10,912 nucleotides of DNA. Origin: Azolla caroliniana (taxonomy: Eukaryota; Plantae; Polypodiophyta). The stretch covers positions 1 through 10,912 of the forward strand of contig JBHGNT010001215.1 in the NCBI GenBank assembly GCA_043228905.1, read 5' to 3'. The notes beneath the pieces were generated by a model. It was not told the origin of the DNA and ran no database searches. It saw only the letters and a program-made list of their open reading frames with translations. Positions 9,856 to 10,912 of this stretch are shown here, piece by piece (the stretch's first letter is position 1; the number at the start of each line of letters is the position of its first letter). The translations under genes and the position numbers were made by a program.

Positions 9856-9916
9856 TCTATTGTAATACGTAAGATATTATTTTCATTTACATTTTATTAT
9901 AGGAAATTAGTGTATA

Positions 9917-9954
9917 TTCCAGATTTCTCTGGAACATTCTAGAAGCTTCAGGAT
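9917..9954. promoter_or_regulatory. Heat-shock element array
   Basis: Perfect GAAcaTTCtaGAAgcTTC at 9932-9949, extended in the same 5-bp register by TTC (9917), GAT (9922), CTC (9927) and GAT (9952). The perfect core ends 20 nt upstream of the TATA box. Confidence 0.75.
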
Positions 9955-9969
9955 TACTCCTGAAAACAC

Positions 9970-9976
9970 TATAAAA
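9970..9976 (+). promoter_or_regulatory. LTR TATA box
   Basis: TATAAAA, 33 nt upstream of the start site predicted from PBS complementarity (10003). Confidence 0.75.
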
Positions 9977-10221
9977 GAGGGCACTAGGCATTATGTTGAA
10001 CCAAATTGGTTCAACGCCAGTCTTAAGCCTTTTAGCCACCGTTGTATATTCTCTTCATATAATAAATATCTTTCTTATCATCACTCTCTCTCCCTCTCTC
10101 CCTCTCTTTCTCTCTGTCTCGCTCACTTCTTCCTTCTCTCGAAGAAGTTCCACACCTCTCATAGTACTAATCCTTCGTTTAGTACTAATTCCTTCTCTGT
10201 CTCAGTACTGTTCATGACAAT

Positions 10222-10233
10222 TTGAACCAATTT
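10222..10233 (+). other. Self-priming primer-binding site
   Basis: TTGAACCAATTT begins 2 nt after the LTR end and is the exact reverse complement of AAATTGGTTCAA (10003-10014). It lacks the TGG start of a tRNA-type PBS. Confidence 0.85.
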
Positions 10234-10292
10234 CCCTACCTTCTGTCTCTCTCATTTCCTACTAATCTTTTATTCCTCTTTTCTTTCATCCC

Positions 10293-10912
10293 ATGGCCAC
10301 TGTTAGCGCTGAAGAATATCAATCTGTTTTCTCGGAATTCCAATGCTTGAAGGAGAAGTTCCATGCTTTGGAACAAGAAAACCAACGGTTGCTGGGGGAT
10401 CTTTAGCAAATCTCCTTAGAAAAGCAGCAAACGCAACAACAACATGGGGAACTTGCGTTACGCGTGCAACAACTCGAAGCCACCATCGTAGCGATGCAAC
10501 AACATGGGCCCGGAACACAAGGGATTCATAAAGAACCTAAGATTGGCCTTCCCACGAAGTTCGATGGAACGCGATCGCAGTTTAGAGGGTTCCTTAACCA
10601 GGTACGATTAGTTATTCAAATGCATCCTTCCCGATATCCCACCGATGCATCACGAGTGGGTTTAGTAGGCACTTTGTTAAGTGGCTCAGCGTTGTCATGG
10701 TTCGCTCCACTATTAGAAAAGGAATCTCCGTTACTCAACAATTTTGAAGAGTTTCTAGGTGAGTTTAAAGCATGTTTCGGAGATACTGACAGCATCAGGA
10801 CCGCAATCAACAAAATCCGGCGATTACGCCAAGGTGACCGTCCAGCCTCCGCATACGCTGCAGATTTTCGCCTACTCGCCGCCGATATCCCTTGGGATGA
10901 TCAAGCGTTGAT
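10293..10912 (+). pseudogene. gag: gag of the gypsy element, with one premature stop, truncated by the window edge
   Basis: MATVSAEEYQ...LLGDL*QISLEK...KEPKIGLPTKFDGTRSQFRGFLNQVRLVIQMHPSRYPTDASRVGLVGTLLSGSALSWF...FGD...IRRLRQGDRPASAYAADFRLLAADIPWDDQAL. It has an N-terminal coiled coil and the PxxFDG, GxAxxW and LRQG..YxxxF capsid motifs. The stop is TAG at 10404-10406. Confidence 0.93.

Larger units (their letters stand above)
9786..10219 (+). repeat. 5' LTR (434 bp) of the gypsy element
   Basis: TGTCATGA (9786-9793) ... TCATGACA (10212-10219); TATAAAA at 9970-9976; AATAAA near 10061; CT-rich U5; followed by the PBS and gag. Confidence 0.92.
9786..10912 (+). mobile_element. 5' part of a Ty3/gypsy LTR retrotransposon, Tf1/sushi/Tcn1-like
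   Basis: An LTR with 8-bp terminal inverted repeats, a non-tRNA self-complementary PBS and a sushi/PEG10-like gag. The left flank GGTTT (9781-9785) is the predicted TSD. Confidence 0.92.

Noticed and set aside
9790-9862. A functional tRNA gene on the minus strand
   Set aside because: The acceptor, anticodon and T stems do not pair properly; only the A/B boxes and part of the D-arm remain.
10404-10412. Programmed readthrough of the gag TAG (context TAG CAA ATC)
   Set aside because: It only half matches the UAG-CAR-YYA leaky-stop motif and lies at codon 38 in a Q-rich coiled coil. A CAG>TAG mutation is simpler.
5847-10813. Minus-strand ORFs opposite the LINE and gag, plus ORFs 9993-10217 and 10343-10531
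   Set aside because: They are shadow or alternative frames of element sequence or CT-rich U5, with no independent motifs.

Overview
A gene-free, AT-rich eukaryotic window made almost entirely of nested retrotransposons. The element types suggest a plant genome, possibly a bryophyte (inference). Left to right: a possible LTR end (1-147); a minus-strand copia-like solo LTR without a TSD (1257-1855); a 5'-truncated minus-strand L1-type LINE with a 16-bp TSD (2261-2867); a TAGCTA-rich degenerate repeat tract; a related plus-strand solo LTR with a CATAA TSD and a second, internal LTR start (3369-4026); and a long decayed L1-clade LINE (ORF1 4097-6452, ORF2 EN+RT 6455-9785). A third solo LTR (4617-5487) splits that LINE's ORF1, and a Tf1/sushi/Tcn1-type gypsy element interrupts its ORF2 at 9786 (5' LTR 9786-10219, gag from 10293 off the edge). 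The most interesting object is the 434-bp gypsy LTR. It carries an antisense tRNA-like Pol III A/B-box module, a phased heat-shock-element array, a TATA box and a palindrome over the predicted start site, and it is followed by a self-priming PBS. All calls are by eye; no searches were run.
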